A DNA stretch of 64,000 nt. Origin: the human T2T-CHM13v2.0 reference genome, Homo sapiens. Both the position numbers and the translations under genes were made by a program. Below are positions 11,841-25,063 of this stretch, one piece after another; positions within the stretch are counted from its first letter, which is position 1; each line of letters begins with the position of its first letter. The stretch is from the NCBI RefSeq assembly GCF_009914755.1, contig NC_060934.1. The stretch is one strand, 5' to 3'. The notes under the pieces were generated by a model that worked only from the letters and a program-made list of their open reading frames with translations, did no database searches and had not been told where the DNA came from.

Positions 11841-14168
11841 TGCTGACCTGCATCCTAGCAGCCTTGCATAGCAACTACCAGCCTATCTCTTTGCCTCCCC
11901 GGATAAGCTGGCAGCCCTCTAGGACAGTCTGTGCATTCAGCCCTGCAACCTCATAGGCCGACACAGCATCCCGAGTGGAGCCAGGCTCCAGACGCCTGTG
12001 GAGGAAGCTGTGCCCTTTAGGCCCCTTGCACGCCTTGCCTCCTCTTCCCCAGGGCACGTCAGCTGCAGTCACAGTGGGCTCACTCACCGTGGACTCCACA
12101 GTCCTTTGTGGTGAGTCCTGTGGGATTTACTAGGTTTCCGAGCTGATGGAGAGTGTTAAGTCTAATTACGGATCTGTTCCCTGAGCCACACTAATTCCCC
12201 AGCAGCTGTTTTCTTCCTCAGGTGATTGACACTGAGAAGCCCCATGCTCAGCAATTATTAAATATGCAACACAAAGCCGCGCCGAGTTGTGGCAGAATGA
12301 CCAGTCACATGACAGGGGCTGCTGAGTTGAAGAGAGGGAATTTCCCTGGATTTCAAAACAGGACTTCAGAACTCCAAACCCATTTTCAAAGATGCATTGT
12401 CCTTGGTCGGAAACAGAAGAGAAAAGCCCTCTGAGTTTATCCTAAACACCCGTGGAGTTGGGAAGACAGGATCAAGGCAGGTAGGGTGGTGTCACAGATA
12501 CTCGGATAACATGTACTTTCCAAACACACATTGTCATCTCTCTGGCTTCATCTCCTCCATACTCACTTCATTTCCAGATGTGGCCAGATGCTGGCGGGGT
12601 CCCACTGCCATTCAGCCTTCCTTGGAGGGCCACAGCAAAGCAGTTTTAGCAAAGTGCTGGCACCAAAGGCTCCCTGGTTTCTCGGGGGTATAGGGGACCC
12701 TTCATTCTTTCAAAGGCATCAGCAATCTCTAGTGAGCTGTGAGGCTGGGATTCTTCCTGGGATCTCTGGATAGAAAGGAAAGTTCAGAGAAGCCCTGCAG
12801 GACCATCCAGGGCCTTGGTAGAGAATGCAGCACCAGCCCCTGTGCTCAGCCCACACAGCAGGTGCTGACGGTGAAGCCCAGGATGCTCCAAGAACCTGCA
12901 GGGCCACAGGGGCCTGGTTAAGATACTTTTATGGGTTCTCAGAGGATGGCCTAGGCTGAAAAGATGAACAGGCTCCTGGAGGACATGCTGCTCCCTTTGC
13001 CCATCTGAATCTCCTGCTCCTTGTCCTTTCTGGTTCTGTGCCAGGGACCAAGCTCCTTCGCCCTCTTGCCCCAGGCTGGCTCTTCCCAGTGGAGACCACA
13101 GCAGGATATCAGAAGTGGCAGAATGAGAGGTCAGGCAGGTGCCTTGGTAAATGCCACTTGAGGTCATTTCAGTCCTGCTGCAGAGCAGCGGAGGGAAGGT
13201 GGGAAGGTCCCAGTGTGAGGCTTGAGGGGGTAGGTAGAAGGGTATGGCCTGCTCCCACCCACCCCCGTGGAGGCAGCCCCTGCCCTAGCTGGTGCCCTGA
13301 CGTCTCTCCATTTGGTGACGATGACACAGGGTGGCACCTCCTGCAGCTCCTCTTTCTTGTCTTTGTTTTCTTCACTCCTGTTTGTGTTTGTTGCATTTCT
13401 TGTGTAACTGAGCTTACTCATATGCATAAAATATGAGAAATGTATTCATAATGGGGCTTGTGTATTAGCATAAAAGCTTCGTCTAGGGAAATAGGTTTAA
13501 GCATTATCATCATGAAAAAAGTGGATTTCATTTCTCCTTATTTACAGTGCACGGTTCATTGTTTTTGTCTTTTTTTTTTAAAGCAAGAAATAAAAAGAAT
13601 CCATGCTGAAAATGTGAGATGAATTCACATCCGTTTACCTCTAGAGACATTTCTTGGACAAAAGAAAAAAAACAAAGCTGAATTGTGAGAAGATGTCAGC
13701 AAAAAAGCACATCATTATTTAAATCAGGGCTAAGTAAATAAGGAGCTGGATGTGTCTGTGTTTGCTTACAACACGTAGGATCAATTCATATATTTTAAGA
13801 AGTGCACGTATGGATTGAGCTGATTTGATTAATTGAGTGAGTGCAGTGAAAACTGCCTTACCGTAGAGGCTGGTGCTCCGACCTCTGCTGGGCAGACCTG
13901 CTCTGGGTCCCCGGGCCATGACCCAGGGCAGCTGTCTCTGGTCAGTCATTGCCACTGGGTCTAATCCTATCCAAAGAAGAGAGGCTTTTGACAAAATTAG
14001 CAAATGCTGAAAGATGAAAAAGCAAAGTCAACTAGAACCTGGCTTGCTAAAATCCATTCCTGGCTGACCAGCCAGCCCTCTCCCTTATTCGCACTTCCTA
14101 CGTGGATTCCCAAGGGTTATTTTAATTGAAAGCGCACACTTAGTGAGCTAATTTGGGCTCATTGTTTT

Positions 14169-14291
14169 TTGTCTGTTTGTTTGTTTGTTTTTGTTTTTTG
14201 TTTTTGAGAAGGAATCTCTGTCGCCCAGGCTAGAGTGCAGTGGCGTGATCCCGGCTCACTGCAACCTCTTCCTCCTGGGTTCAGGAAGTTC
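14169..14291 (-). mobile_element. 5'-truncated Alu (right-arm fragment) with 17-bp TSD
   Basis: (TTTG)n tail plus tcgcccaggctagagtgcagtggcgtgatc; perfect TSD tttgggctcattgtttt at 14152-14168 and 14292-14308. Confidence 0.93.
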
Positions 14292-16517
14292 TTTGGGCTC
14301 ATTGTTTTAACCCGTCTCCCCCAAAACCAATAGAAAGATGGTCCTGGAATGCTTACTGATTCCAGGTTTATAGAGAAAAGAACAAACATAGGCGACACAG
14401 AGTTTCCTAACAATTCTGCCAATGCAGCCGCTGCTCCACAGTGTTCAACAGCTGCTCCTGAGTGACAATGAGAGTCCTCCTCAGAGTTCAGGCAAGGGTG
14501 AAGGGAGGCCCATTGTCCCTTGAAAAATTTCAGGCTGTAGTCGAGTCCATCCTCAGCTTGTTTTTCTGCTCCATTCTGTCCGTCCTCATGTCATCACTGA
14601 GCAGGAAATGTTAGCGAGAACGTTCCAGCTATAATATCGCATTTTATGTCCCTCTGCATAATTCCTCTGGCAAGAAGAAGCACTGCCTTCCATTTTATTA
14701 TACCTAAATGCCTCTTCTTAACAGCTTATTTTCTTGAGCATCTTCATAATTCTTCCAATAGTGGTAACAAATTCCTTGATGGTAGTAGAAATTGCAGCAA
14801 GGGGACATAAGCCACGCCATCCTTCTTTTTTCCCATTTTGGCTAATATCAGAAAGGCTGCCATCCCAAGGGGAGAGAGCAAACACTTTCTAGCTCTGAAT
14901 CCATCAAATCATTTCTAAAAGCATCAGAGAATAATTGGGCATTGAGTTTTTGTGATCCCACGTGGGAGACGGGCCCCTGGTCACGTGTACATGTGAGCCT
15001 CTTTGCAACTTGCTTTCTGTACAAGGCTCAGCATGATTAGGTAGGAATAAAAAGTTAGCCTAATTTAAGAGCAAAACGCCAGGGCAAAATCCCTTTCAGC
15101 CAAAACAACATGGTCCTTGGATGATTAATCCAGTGGCCTGTTAGGAAGGGAAGACAGGTACCACAAACACCCATTTTTCGGTGAGTGGGCGGGTCTGGGC
15201 TGCCTTGTGCTTGGACATGCGCACATCTTTGAAAATCAACACCCTGCCCAGGGCTTAGCCTGACACCTGTCACTTTTTTCACCCCATGAGTTCAACAAGC
15301 CTGTATGCTTCCTGATGGGCCTCCATCCTGGCGAGCACCAGGTCTATGCCCAGCCCACCTGCAGCCAGCACCCACAGGCCAGAGAACAGCAGCCCTGCCC
15401 AGGTACAGCACCATGGGCTTAGCGCAGAGGCCGTGAGAACTGGCACCCCAGGACACAGAGAGAACTCAGGGCACTGTGATTCTTACCTTCCAGGGGTGCC
15501 ACCTGCTCCCCAGGCCCTCCAGACCCATCCCTGACCTGGGCAGCTGCAGCTGCACCTGCACCACCGACCTTCCTGTAGAACTGGGCTCGAGGCTCCTGTG
15601 TCCAATGGAAAGCAAGCACCAAATCAGAGCTTTGATCTTAAAGTTTCAAAAGTTTCTTTGTTTTGCTTTTTAAAAAAAGTGCACTGGGGATGGGGGCTAA
15701 AAGTCTTATCTGACCCTGCATATATCACAAGTGTGAACTTGCACATTTTGGGGTTTGCTGGGCTTCCTATGAGAAGACCCTGACATTATGTACTAGGCCC
15801 TTGGTGTGGCCACCCGAGGCCACCTTCATGGGAACATGCTTTCTAGATGTCCCTCAGAGAGTGAGGCTTGGCACTGAGTTCAGGGACATGAGGCCAGGAG
15901 ACCTGCTCCCTGGCATTGACCTTGGAATGTCAAAGTTGGTGGAAGTCTCCTGGCCAGGCAGGGGTCTGGCTCTGCTGAGAGCCCAGGTGCCCCATCCACT
16001 AGATGCCCTGATCCCTTCATCCTGTGGCCCTGAGTGAACACACAGCATCCAACCAAGGTCCTGGCTCATCATGGAATTTTCCTTCCAGGGATATCGTGTT
16101 GCCCCTGCATCTCCCCAAATATTTCTCTGCAAGTAGGAAAGCTACTTGCACCCCAACTCTCAGACAGGTCCTCTTCACCCTGGAGCCATCCAGCACTTCA
16201 CAGTTTTTTTCTTCTTCAGCTGTAAACGTCACGAGCCCCCAAATAACCCATATTTGTTTATCGGTGATCATAAGTGATTCTAGCCTTTTCTGTTTGCCCA
16301 CATTGGGAAGACAGTAAACTATTTATAAACCTTTAAAAAATCAACACAATCAGGTATATTTCCACATGACACCTGTTAAAATATAGAAGAATGTGGCAAA
16401 GGGAAAAGACGTTATCCTAAACAGGATCCTGCTCTATGCAGGCCAATGACCACACTGATCCTTGGAGGAGGACCTCGTCCACCAGCCCTCAGAGTAGGAC
16501 AAACCTCTCTGGCTGGG

Positions 16518-16943
16518 TGTGTCAGCTTCCTGGGCTGCCAGGACCAATGACCAAGCACCGGGTGGCTTAGAACAATGAAAGTTTCTCTATCACTCTTTCA
16601 GAGTCCAGAAGTCCAAAGTTAAGATGTCTACAGGGCTGCGCTTCCCCCGAAGGCTCTAGGGGAGGATGACTCCTCGCCTCTTCTAGCCCCTCATTGTTGC
16701 TGGGGTCCTTGGCTTACAGGCGTGTCCCTTCACTTTCTGCCTTTGTTGTCACATGGCTTTTTCCCTGTGTGTTCCTCTCGTCTTCTTATAAAGACACACG
16801 TTATTGGACTTACAGCCTCTCCTAGTTCGGTGTGACTTCATCTTAACTAATAGCTTCGGAAAAGAGCTTCTTCTCAGTTAAAGTTCACATTCTGAGGCGC
16901 TAGATGTACATGGATTTTGGGGGACACTCTTCCTCCCAGCACA
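16518..16943 (-). mobile_element. MLT1B/C MaLR solo LTR
   Basis: gggtggcttagaacaa, ccagaagtcc, gaaggctctaggggagga, cttcttataaagacac, cacattctgagg, ttttgggggacac. Confidence 0.85.
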
Positions 16944-18574
16944 TGGGTGATGGATGCAAACAAGCCCCAGAAGGTTTACAGGTAACTGGCTTTGACCACT
17001 ACACTTCGACGACAACTGCACACTGTTTTATGCCAACTTTACCATATTTATGGGCATCATTATGTTATCAACAGCTGCTGAACTAATACTGTGCGTGACT
17101 AAAGGCAGATATGAGCTATGCTGCTTCAATAGACAATGCAGCTCTCACGGATTTCTAATTCCACAGGAACCCCATCAAGCCCAGTTGCGTTCTGCAGTGT
17201 AGCTTGCTAGAAATTGCCTGGTGATCACTGGGAAGGAATCGTGAATTCCAGCACATTTCCATTCAGCTGAAAAATTCCACCCCCTTACAGAGGCGCCCCG
17301 CAGGCTCACTCCAGCACGTGTCTCCCTCACAGCTCTCCTGCTCCCGTCACATTAAAGCTACATTTCAGCATGAGTGGGGGACGATCAGGAAATGGAATCT
17401 GAACCTAGAATTTAGGGAGAGAATAAGGAAGGTGGCCGCTGATCACAGGACTGATTTGCACTAAATTGTATCTTCTCCTTCTAAACATTTTTCCTAAGTG
17501 ATTCCATCTAATCCCTGGGTCAGTAAACAAACACGTGGTAAACGATACCTGGATTGAAAACATGTGGAGGGGATTGGTCACCTGCAGCAATGTTTGACTT
17601 TAGGTACAGTCTGTGTGGTTGCTTTTGCCACAGCATTGGAGGAAGGCCTCTCTAAGGCAAGATGTCAGCACTCAGGGCAGACTGGAGGAGCCTGGGCTTC
17701 CCCAAGCCATGTGCAGCAATGAAAAGGGTGTACAGCCAGGGTTTACCAAATGCCACCTGTGCCAGGCTCTGCACCAGTCAGCTCAGGGCCAGGCCTGTGT
17801 GGCCCAAAGGCCATCTTCCCTGAGTGCACCCTAAGCTTTCTGTCTACACAGAACCAAAGGGAAGCTGGGCCCAGACTTAGGGCTAGCCATGGTAGGATCC
17901 CGTTTGATCCCAAGGGATATTGGAGGGGTCACCCAGGGCTGGTGAACTAGTTGGTTGGGAGGGAAGCAAGGGGTCTGGCAGGCCTGGGGCAGGTGCATCC
18001 CTGGAGCTCTTTTTCTGTAGCTCTTATGGGGCTTATTCCAGAAACCCAGATTCACTGCTGGGAAACATGCTCCTGGGCAGGCCCGGAAATATTTTCAGAA
18101 GGTGGGCCTCACGTAGAACCCAGGACAATTTGGCTTCACCTGCCCAAATGAGCAAAACCTTCCTGGCAAAGGCAGGGTACCCACACTTCCCAGAGCTCTG
18201 GTTCCCTCCCGAAAGGCAGGGACACAGTGGATGGCTCCCAGCGATATCCAGGCGGGAAACCTGCAATTTTGCTTTATCAGATGAGCTGGGGTGAGGTGAC
18301 CTCGGCCCCTCCCTGTTGGGTGGCAGGATCTGCATGGGGTGCGGCAGGGGTCGCGGGAATCTCTACCTGGAGCGGCTCTCAGTTGGACCATCCAAGAGGA
18401 AGGTCAGGGATGCCCCAGCATCTTGGGCTGCGGGGCAGAGGTCTGCAGAGGCTGGGGGGCAAATGCGATGGTCAAGGCCGGGATCTCCACAGCCTTCAAT
18501 TCTAGGGCTGATACACACAGCATCATGTGATTACAGCTTTCCACAGTGAGCTGTGATCTCCAAAGATGATGGCT

Positions 18575-18710
18575 GCGGAATCACTCCATGGTAAAATGCA
18601 GATTCCTGGGCCCGCCAGCCCACGGGATCGAAACCTCTCAGAGGGGCCTGGAGTGTGCAGCATGAAGCAGCCCTGGGGAGAGCCTGTGCAGGACAACACT
18701 GAGAGCCAGA
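18575..18710. mobile_element. MER5-like hAT-Charlie MITE fragment
   Basis: taaaatgcagattcctgggccc...gggcctggagtgtgcagcat is MER5A-like. Confidence 0.5.
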
Positions 18711-20124
18711 GTCAGGCTGACAGTGCTGGCACCACAGCACGGCCTCATTCTGCAGGCTTCAGGAGCATCCAAGAGTGTCGGGCCTCAGAGAGGACTGTGG
18801 GGAGGCCAGGTGGGGGCAGGAATGGCATCCAAAACCAAGGAGCCGTGTGTCACTCAGACCTGGGAGGTCAGGAGCTGTATCTGGTCTCTCAAATGTGCTT
18901 GGAAAGGGGTGGGGACTTAGATTGCTGAAAAGTTTTCTATGATTACCCTCACATCTTTGAAATTGTAAACTTATGGTACTTAGAGACTTGGCCATGTTTT
19001 TCATGCATGCTAAGACCCAGGAGACTGCTCAGCTGGGCAAACGTGCAAGAAGGAACTGCATGCAGAGCTCAGCTCTTTTCTATCTGGCTGAAAAGCTGAA
19101 AGCCCAGCTGTGTGGTTGGATGAAGGTGGGTTTGAATCCAGGAGCTGAAGGTGCCTACCATGTCACCTGATCTCTGCTGCCCTCCGTTTCTTCATGTATG
19201 TGATGTGAGCCAGCACAGATGTGTCTGTCGTCACCAGTCTCTTGGTCCTATTAATGCTGGTAACGGTAACATCTGCATGCATGGGCATCAATCCCTGGCC
19301 TGCTCCCCTTGTCCCTATCCTAATCCTCCTACCACCATTGCTGGGATGCCCAAAGAAGGTCTTAGTTCATTTCCTGGGGTTGGGGGGTCCTGGTGGTCTT
19401 GCCACATAGCCATGGCTCCTGGACATGGTCTGAAGCCTCCCTCGCCACCCCCATGAGAGGCCTTCAAGCTGAGATTCCTCTATAAGTGGGGCTGGATTTG
19501 GTGGCCAGTATCACTGCTGTCACCACTCCTGTGAGCCAAGCAGGGCTCTGGAGTCACCAAGCTTCCCTCTGCAGGCGGCAGACATATCTGAGCACTGGAG
19601 CTCCGGATTGCCAGTGTGGAAAGTGTAGCCAGCTTGCCTGTGGGGCTGTGCACCTGCAGTGTGGTTCAGTGAGCTAATGGGCACTCTCCTACATGCATGG
19701 ACACACACGTACGTGTGCAGATACATGCACACTTCCATGCATGCACACGAGCGACCCAGGGCGCTGGTTGGAAAGAGTCTAAACACCAGCCGTGGGCCCC
19801 GTGGTCCTTGGGCTGAGGGTGCCCTGAGAACCCTGCAGCCTGGCTTCCAACTGGCTCCCACCTTCGGGTGGGTTTACAGGGGTCTCCATAGCCACTGGGA
19901 CGTATTCTGCTTCCTTCCGCTCCCCTTCCAGCTTCTTCAGGCCAATCAGTTGCAGCAGACACAGTCTCAGGGAACTGGAGTCACTTAAATCCCCACAATG
20001 AACATTTTCAAGTCCGGTGAAAATGCCCACCTGGGAAATGATTTGTATCTGTCTTGAACAGTGGCTGTGAAGATCAGAGACAGTGTGAGCTACGGGCCTG
20101 GAAAACCAGGAGAGCACAAAGTGT

Positions 20125-20215
20125 CCAGGGAGCCTCACTTTTCTCATCAATAAAATGGGAACAATGCTCACCCAAAAGTGTATATTATTCCCTACAAGGC
20201 CCAAAGCATAGAGGC
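20125..20215 (+). mobile_element. MIR fragment
   Basis: gagcctcacttttctcatcaataaaatgggaacaat (MIR core). Confidence 0.65.
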
Positions 20216-21447
20216 CAGAATTGGGCTTGCATCTGGGGCTGTGGTGTCGGTGGTCACCCCTGTGGTCACGCTGCTTGCCGTCATGGGTGACTCTGCTCCA
20301 CGGGCACTGGTGGGTTCTGCATTGGGACACGGAGGTGATGGGGCTGTTGTCCTACCATGACACTCCACTTCCCCTTCCTTCCCCAAGGCATCCACTGGTG
20401 GGAGGTCCTTAGGGCTCTCCAGGATCACACTGCTATGGCCAGGCCCCTAGGAGGACAGAGGGCCAGACCACCGCCCCGGGAGGACAGAGCAGCTAATTCT
20501 ATTATCTTCGAGGCACAAGGCAAACTGCTTCCCCTTATCTCTAGGGAAAAAAAAAGATAAACTTGGCCAAATTATGTTTAATTTATTCTTTTAGGATTGC
20601 AGACACATTGTCTATGACTCAACGGCACCAAGAGGTGCTAAGTTAGTCACTCCTGCCCTAAACTTGCCTCAGTCTCTCACTCTGCCTTATTCCCCTCGGA
20701 CTAATTCTTTCCTTTGAGGAGGTGAGAATGGAGACTGCAGCCCTGTACAGATTCGCTGCTGCTCACATACTTTGTGTACTGAGCATTCGGTCTTCTGTTT
20801 TCTACAAAGGAGGGTTGTTCTGTTCCCATGAGGCAGCAGATTAATAGGAATTTTTTTTTTAACTTTTACATTTGAGTGTAAGGGTGGGTTTAGGCTTGAA
20901 AACAGCATGCTCTTCCTGCTCCTGAGATCCACACGTGTCCCTTAGGTTGAGACGGCCCAAAGTCCTGCGGCGCATGCTGATGGCAGAGAGTACTTTTAGT
21001 TTTTACTTATGGGGAATATGACCCCAGTGCTGGATTGAAGTTATTCAATTTCTATGATAAGAAAACATTTGACATAATGAAGGTTAAAGCATGAAAGATA
21101 AGGCCGATCACTGCAATTTTTCATCCTGGAATGTAGGCTATGATAGGAAGCTTTGTTCACTCCTTCCAGAAATATCTGATGGAGAATTAACTGAGGAAGC
21201 AAGACAGCTGCTCATGGGGCCGTTTCCTGGCTCATCACGAGAGAGTCAAATGCAGACACTCTCAGGGGCTGGGGAGTGACCCAGAGCGACCCACGGCGCA
21301 CGTCTCATCCAGGCTCTGGCCAGCTTCACTTAAAGTGATTTTATGCAACCACCTCCTCCTGGCAGATACTGTAAGAGTTGCCTAAACCAAGGAGATCCGA
21401 GGAGCTACCACACAAGAACCGTGACATTGCCTGTGTTATTAGAACTA

Positions 21448-21703
21448 GTGTGTGCATGTATGTATGTTTGTCTCTGTGTGTGCATAAATAAGTGATATGT
21501 GCATACCTGTGTGATGTGTTCATGTGTGCTGATGTGTGTGCATGCGTAGCTGTGTGCATGAGTGCGTGTGTGTGCATGTATCTGTGTGTACAAGTGCATA
21601 TGTGTGTGCATGTGTAGCTGTGTGCATGAGTATGTGTGTGTGCATGTGTGTTTCTGTGTGCACGAGTGCATGTGTGTGTGTGCATGTGTGTTTCTGCCTG
21701 CGT
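21448..21703. repeat. Degenerate (TG)n/(CATG) simple repeat
   Basis: Repeated tgtgtgcatgtgtgtg motifs. Confidence 0.85.
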
Positions 21704-21959
21704 GCAATCCTCCTCCCTATTTCCAGAGCCGCCTGCTTCTGCTCTGGTCTCAGCCAGGGTGATCTCACAAGAATGCAAATCTCTGACTGTCCCTAAGGCA
21801 CTAAGGTCCGTTAGTGATTTCCCTTGTCCCGGAGATAAAGCAGAATTATTTAGTATAACCCTCCCTGACAATTCACCCCAGGTTGTCCCACATCCCTCCA
21901 CATCCATTTGCCCCGCATCTTTGGCCCTTTCCCCTGTCTCCTTAACACCATCTTTCTTT

Positions 21960-22289
21960 CTGTCTGGGATCCCGCTCCCCTGCCCTTTCTGCCTGGTGCA
22001 CTCCTACAGTTTTGCAGTCCTCAGCTCAGATGCCACTTCCTCCTGGAAGCCTTCCCTGATCTTCCTGACCATGGAACACCCCATCACAAGTGTGCATCCT
22101 ACCTCATCCTTGTCCTCTGTGGAGCCGGCCACACAGCTCTGTCGCCTGCTTCCTGGATGACACCACCCTGCACTGTGAGTATCTAGAGGGCGGAGAGTGA
22201 TGCCGGTGTCACTCACTGTGATCCAGCACCCAGAACATTGCCAGGCATGCGCATAGGATTCAATGATGATTTGCTGAATGAATGAATGA
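21960..22289 (+). mobile_element. L2 LINE 3' end
   Basis: ctcagctcagatgccacttcctcctggaagccttccctga ... cagcacccagaacattgccaggca ... tttgctgaatgaatgaatga. Confidence 0.8.
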
Positions 22290-24381
22290 GTGTGTGGGCC
22301 TGCATTGCACGTTTTCTTTTTTGCCTAGAGTCTATTGTGCTTTGAAATATTTAAGAAATGACAGGCAGCCTCACATAACTTTCACATAAGGCGACCTACT
22401 GCCTAGATGTTGTGTCATAGACAGCTTCTCTCCAATCCTTCCCCTTGGCCAACCCTTTCACAGCCTGCAGGACCTCTTCAAATGCCCCTACAATTGCTCT
22501 CCAGCCATAGAGTGCTGTGGAACTTGAAACCCCCTCCCTTCTCTATGAAGTCTCCATAACTTGACATTTTTTTAGACATGACTCAGCTGATAATAATGAA
22601 ATGATTTTGGTGGGGGGTGTAGCTATCTAGAACACAACAGAAAAACAAACCCCAATAGGGTTGATACAAAGACTAGCATGTTATGTGGCTTAAGAGTTAG
22701 CAGATACTTACTTAGCAGGACAGTTTCTTCAAAGACCCACACAAAGTCACGGTATCACTGGCTCTCAAGTGGAAAGATCAGTAGCGGTGACTGTGAGGGG
22801 CTTGGTGTGCCAGGGCCCTGCAGGAAGCCGTGGCTCACTTGCAAGGGCAGCTCAGGGAGTGCAAGTGAGGAGACGATGTATGAGAGAGGCCATAAGGGAC
22901 AGGGTGGGGTCCGGGTGCTAGTGTCAGTGTGGCGTTGGTTCCCTGAAGCCGGAGGTGGGACTGGGAGGTGGAGATGAGGCCTTGCTTGAAGCTGGCAGAG
23001 AGACCAGCAGGGGGAGGGCTACAGCGAGAGGAGATGGGCATTTGGCTGAGGGACACGCCAGCTTGAGACACCCTTCAGGGAACGAGCCTGTGAATCCTAT
23101 GCCCTGACTGTGCTCTTCTCCCCGCTAGGACCCTCCCTGCTGCCCCCCGCCCCTGCGCCTTTGGTTACATCCAGTGGGGTCAGAAGGCCTCTGACTGCAT
23201 CGGCCCATCCACAGGCACAGGGAAGGGCAGATAGGGCAGAGAGCGGCTCTAGCCGGGTAAATGGAAAATGAGTGGCAAACACAGATGTTTAGTTCCACAT
23301 ATCTTGTTTGATTCCACTCTTTTAGAAGACTCTAAGCTTTACTCACATTCTTGGAGCATGCATGAAATGAATGCAGATGATCTTTCTCAAGCAGATTCTA
23401 AAGTGTCTCTGGCTCCCGTTCACGTCTGCTCTCTCTGAAATTGGGCACCTCCATCCCAGGGGCATGGATTCCTTTCAAAGCCTCTCTCGTTCAGGAACCT
23501 CATAACACCCACAGGTGGGCCTACAGGGATTTCTTTTTCCCAAAAATAAGTTACACAATAAGCTTCTATGATGAGATCTCTTCAAGTACAACCCAACTCA
23601 CTTTGAGCACAGCGGTATTTCGGCCTCAGCGTCAACCCCATTTTCCATCGCAGCACCATGCAATTCTAAGCTGATTGCAGAGAGCTCACACCATCAATGC
23701 CAAATTCCAGCTATCAGTGGAAAGAGACTTGCCTGTCAGCTTTCTCTATGCCTGGAGATAGAGAGAGAGCAAGACAGGGAGCTGGGGAAGGGACGTCCAG
23801 CTCCGTCCCCAGGCTGTGGGTGACACAGCTCCCAACTCCCCACCAATTAACAACCAGCTCTCTTTGGCCAGTGACTCTAGGTTTCAGCATTCTGAAGAGA
23901 TTTTCCCAGCAGGAATATAAGACATAAATATCCTGATGTGTTTACGCTCCACGGGAGATGCGGGGCTTCGTTTTACTCTGGAATTGGGACATGTCAGGAA
24001 CCCACCCCCTTTAGCATGAAAAGTCCCGCCTTGCAGAAGGGGCCGAGGGAGGGTCTGCTGGGGTGTCCACCGGGGCATCTGTGTGAGGGGGTGCTGGTGG
24101 GGGCAAACATCCCAAACTTCACATCCAAATGCACAGCAGACTCAGGACCTCTGAGGTCCTTGTGAGCTCGAAGAACTCTTGTACCCTAATATCTAGGCAC
24201 ATTGATGCCATTTGTGAATTCACATCAGTCTCTGCACATAGAAATAAGGTACTTCCAACCGAACAAGCTCTTTTATCTCCTCTGTCCTCCACAGAAGGAA
24301 GATGGGCATCCCCTTCGCCAGGGCTGCGGTCTGGACGGCCCTTTACCCGGTGCCCCTTTCCCTGTCTGCAATAAAGGCTGG

Positions 24382-24690
24382 GTGTCAGTTTATTTGAGCT
24401 GCCACAACCAGGTACCACAAACTGAGTAGCTAAAAGCAACAAAAACATATTCTATCACAGTTCTGGAGGCCAGACTTTTAAAATTAAGGTGTGGGCAGGG
24501 TTGGTTCCTCCCAAAACTCACAGGAAGAATCTGTTCCATGCCTCTCCCCTAGTTTCTGGTGGTAGCCGGCGATCCCTGAAGTTCCGTGACTTGTAGACAT
24601 CGCTGCAGCCATCACATGGCACTGTCCCTGTGTGTCTCTGTGTTCAAATCTCTTCTTATTAGGACAGGCCGCTGGAGTAGGACTCAGGCT
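24382..24690 (-). mobile_element. MLT1C-like LTR (partial)
   Basis: taccacaaactgagtagcta, cacagttctggaggccaga, gaagaatctgttccatgcctctcccctagtttctggtgg. Confidence 0.85.
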
Positions 24691-24947
24691 GCTGTGTCTC
24701 CTGGGAAGCCTCGAGTTCCAAAGGCGGCAGCTTTCCATTTGCTCCTGAGCAATTTCTCCACAAAAGGAAGACGGGGGCAGGATGAGAAACAGGCCACAGC
24801 CTTTGGGTTCATGTTCAGCAGTGAGGGAGCTCCCAGCAGCAGGAGCCAGGGAAGGCTGCCCTGTCCCGCTCAGCAGGCATGAAGCTTGAGCCCACTGAGC
24901 TGCCAGCACCAGGCGGGCCCTGGGGAGCCGACTCTGCCTGTAAGGAA

Positions 24948-25063
24948 GAGACCACAGCTCTGGGCCTGTGCGCACCTTGCACGTTGGTGGGTGATTGCGG
25001 ATGAGGAGACCACAGCTCTGGGCCTGTGCGCACCTTGCATGCTGGTGGGTGATTGCAGATGAG
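24948..25063. repeat. 58-bp tandem duplication (2 copies)
   Basis: gagaccacagctctgggcctgtgcgcaccttgca...gtgattgc(g/a)gatgag at 24948 and 25006. Confidence 0.95.
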
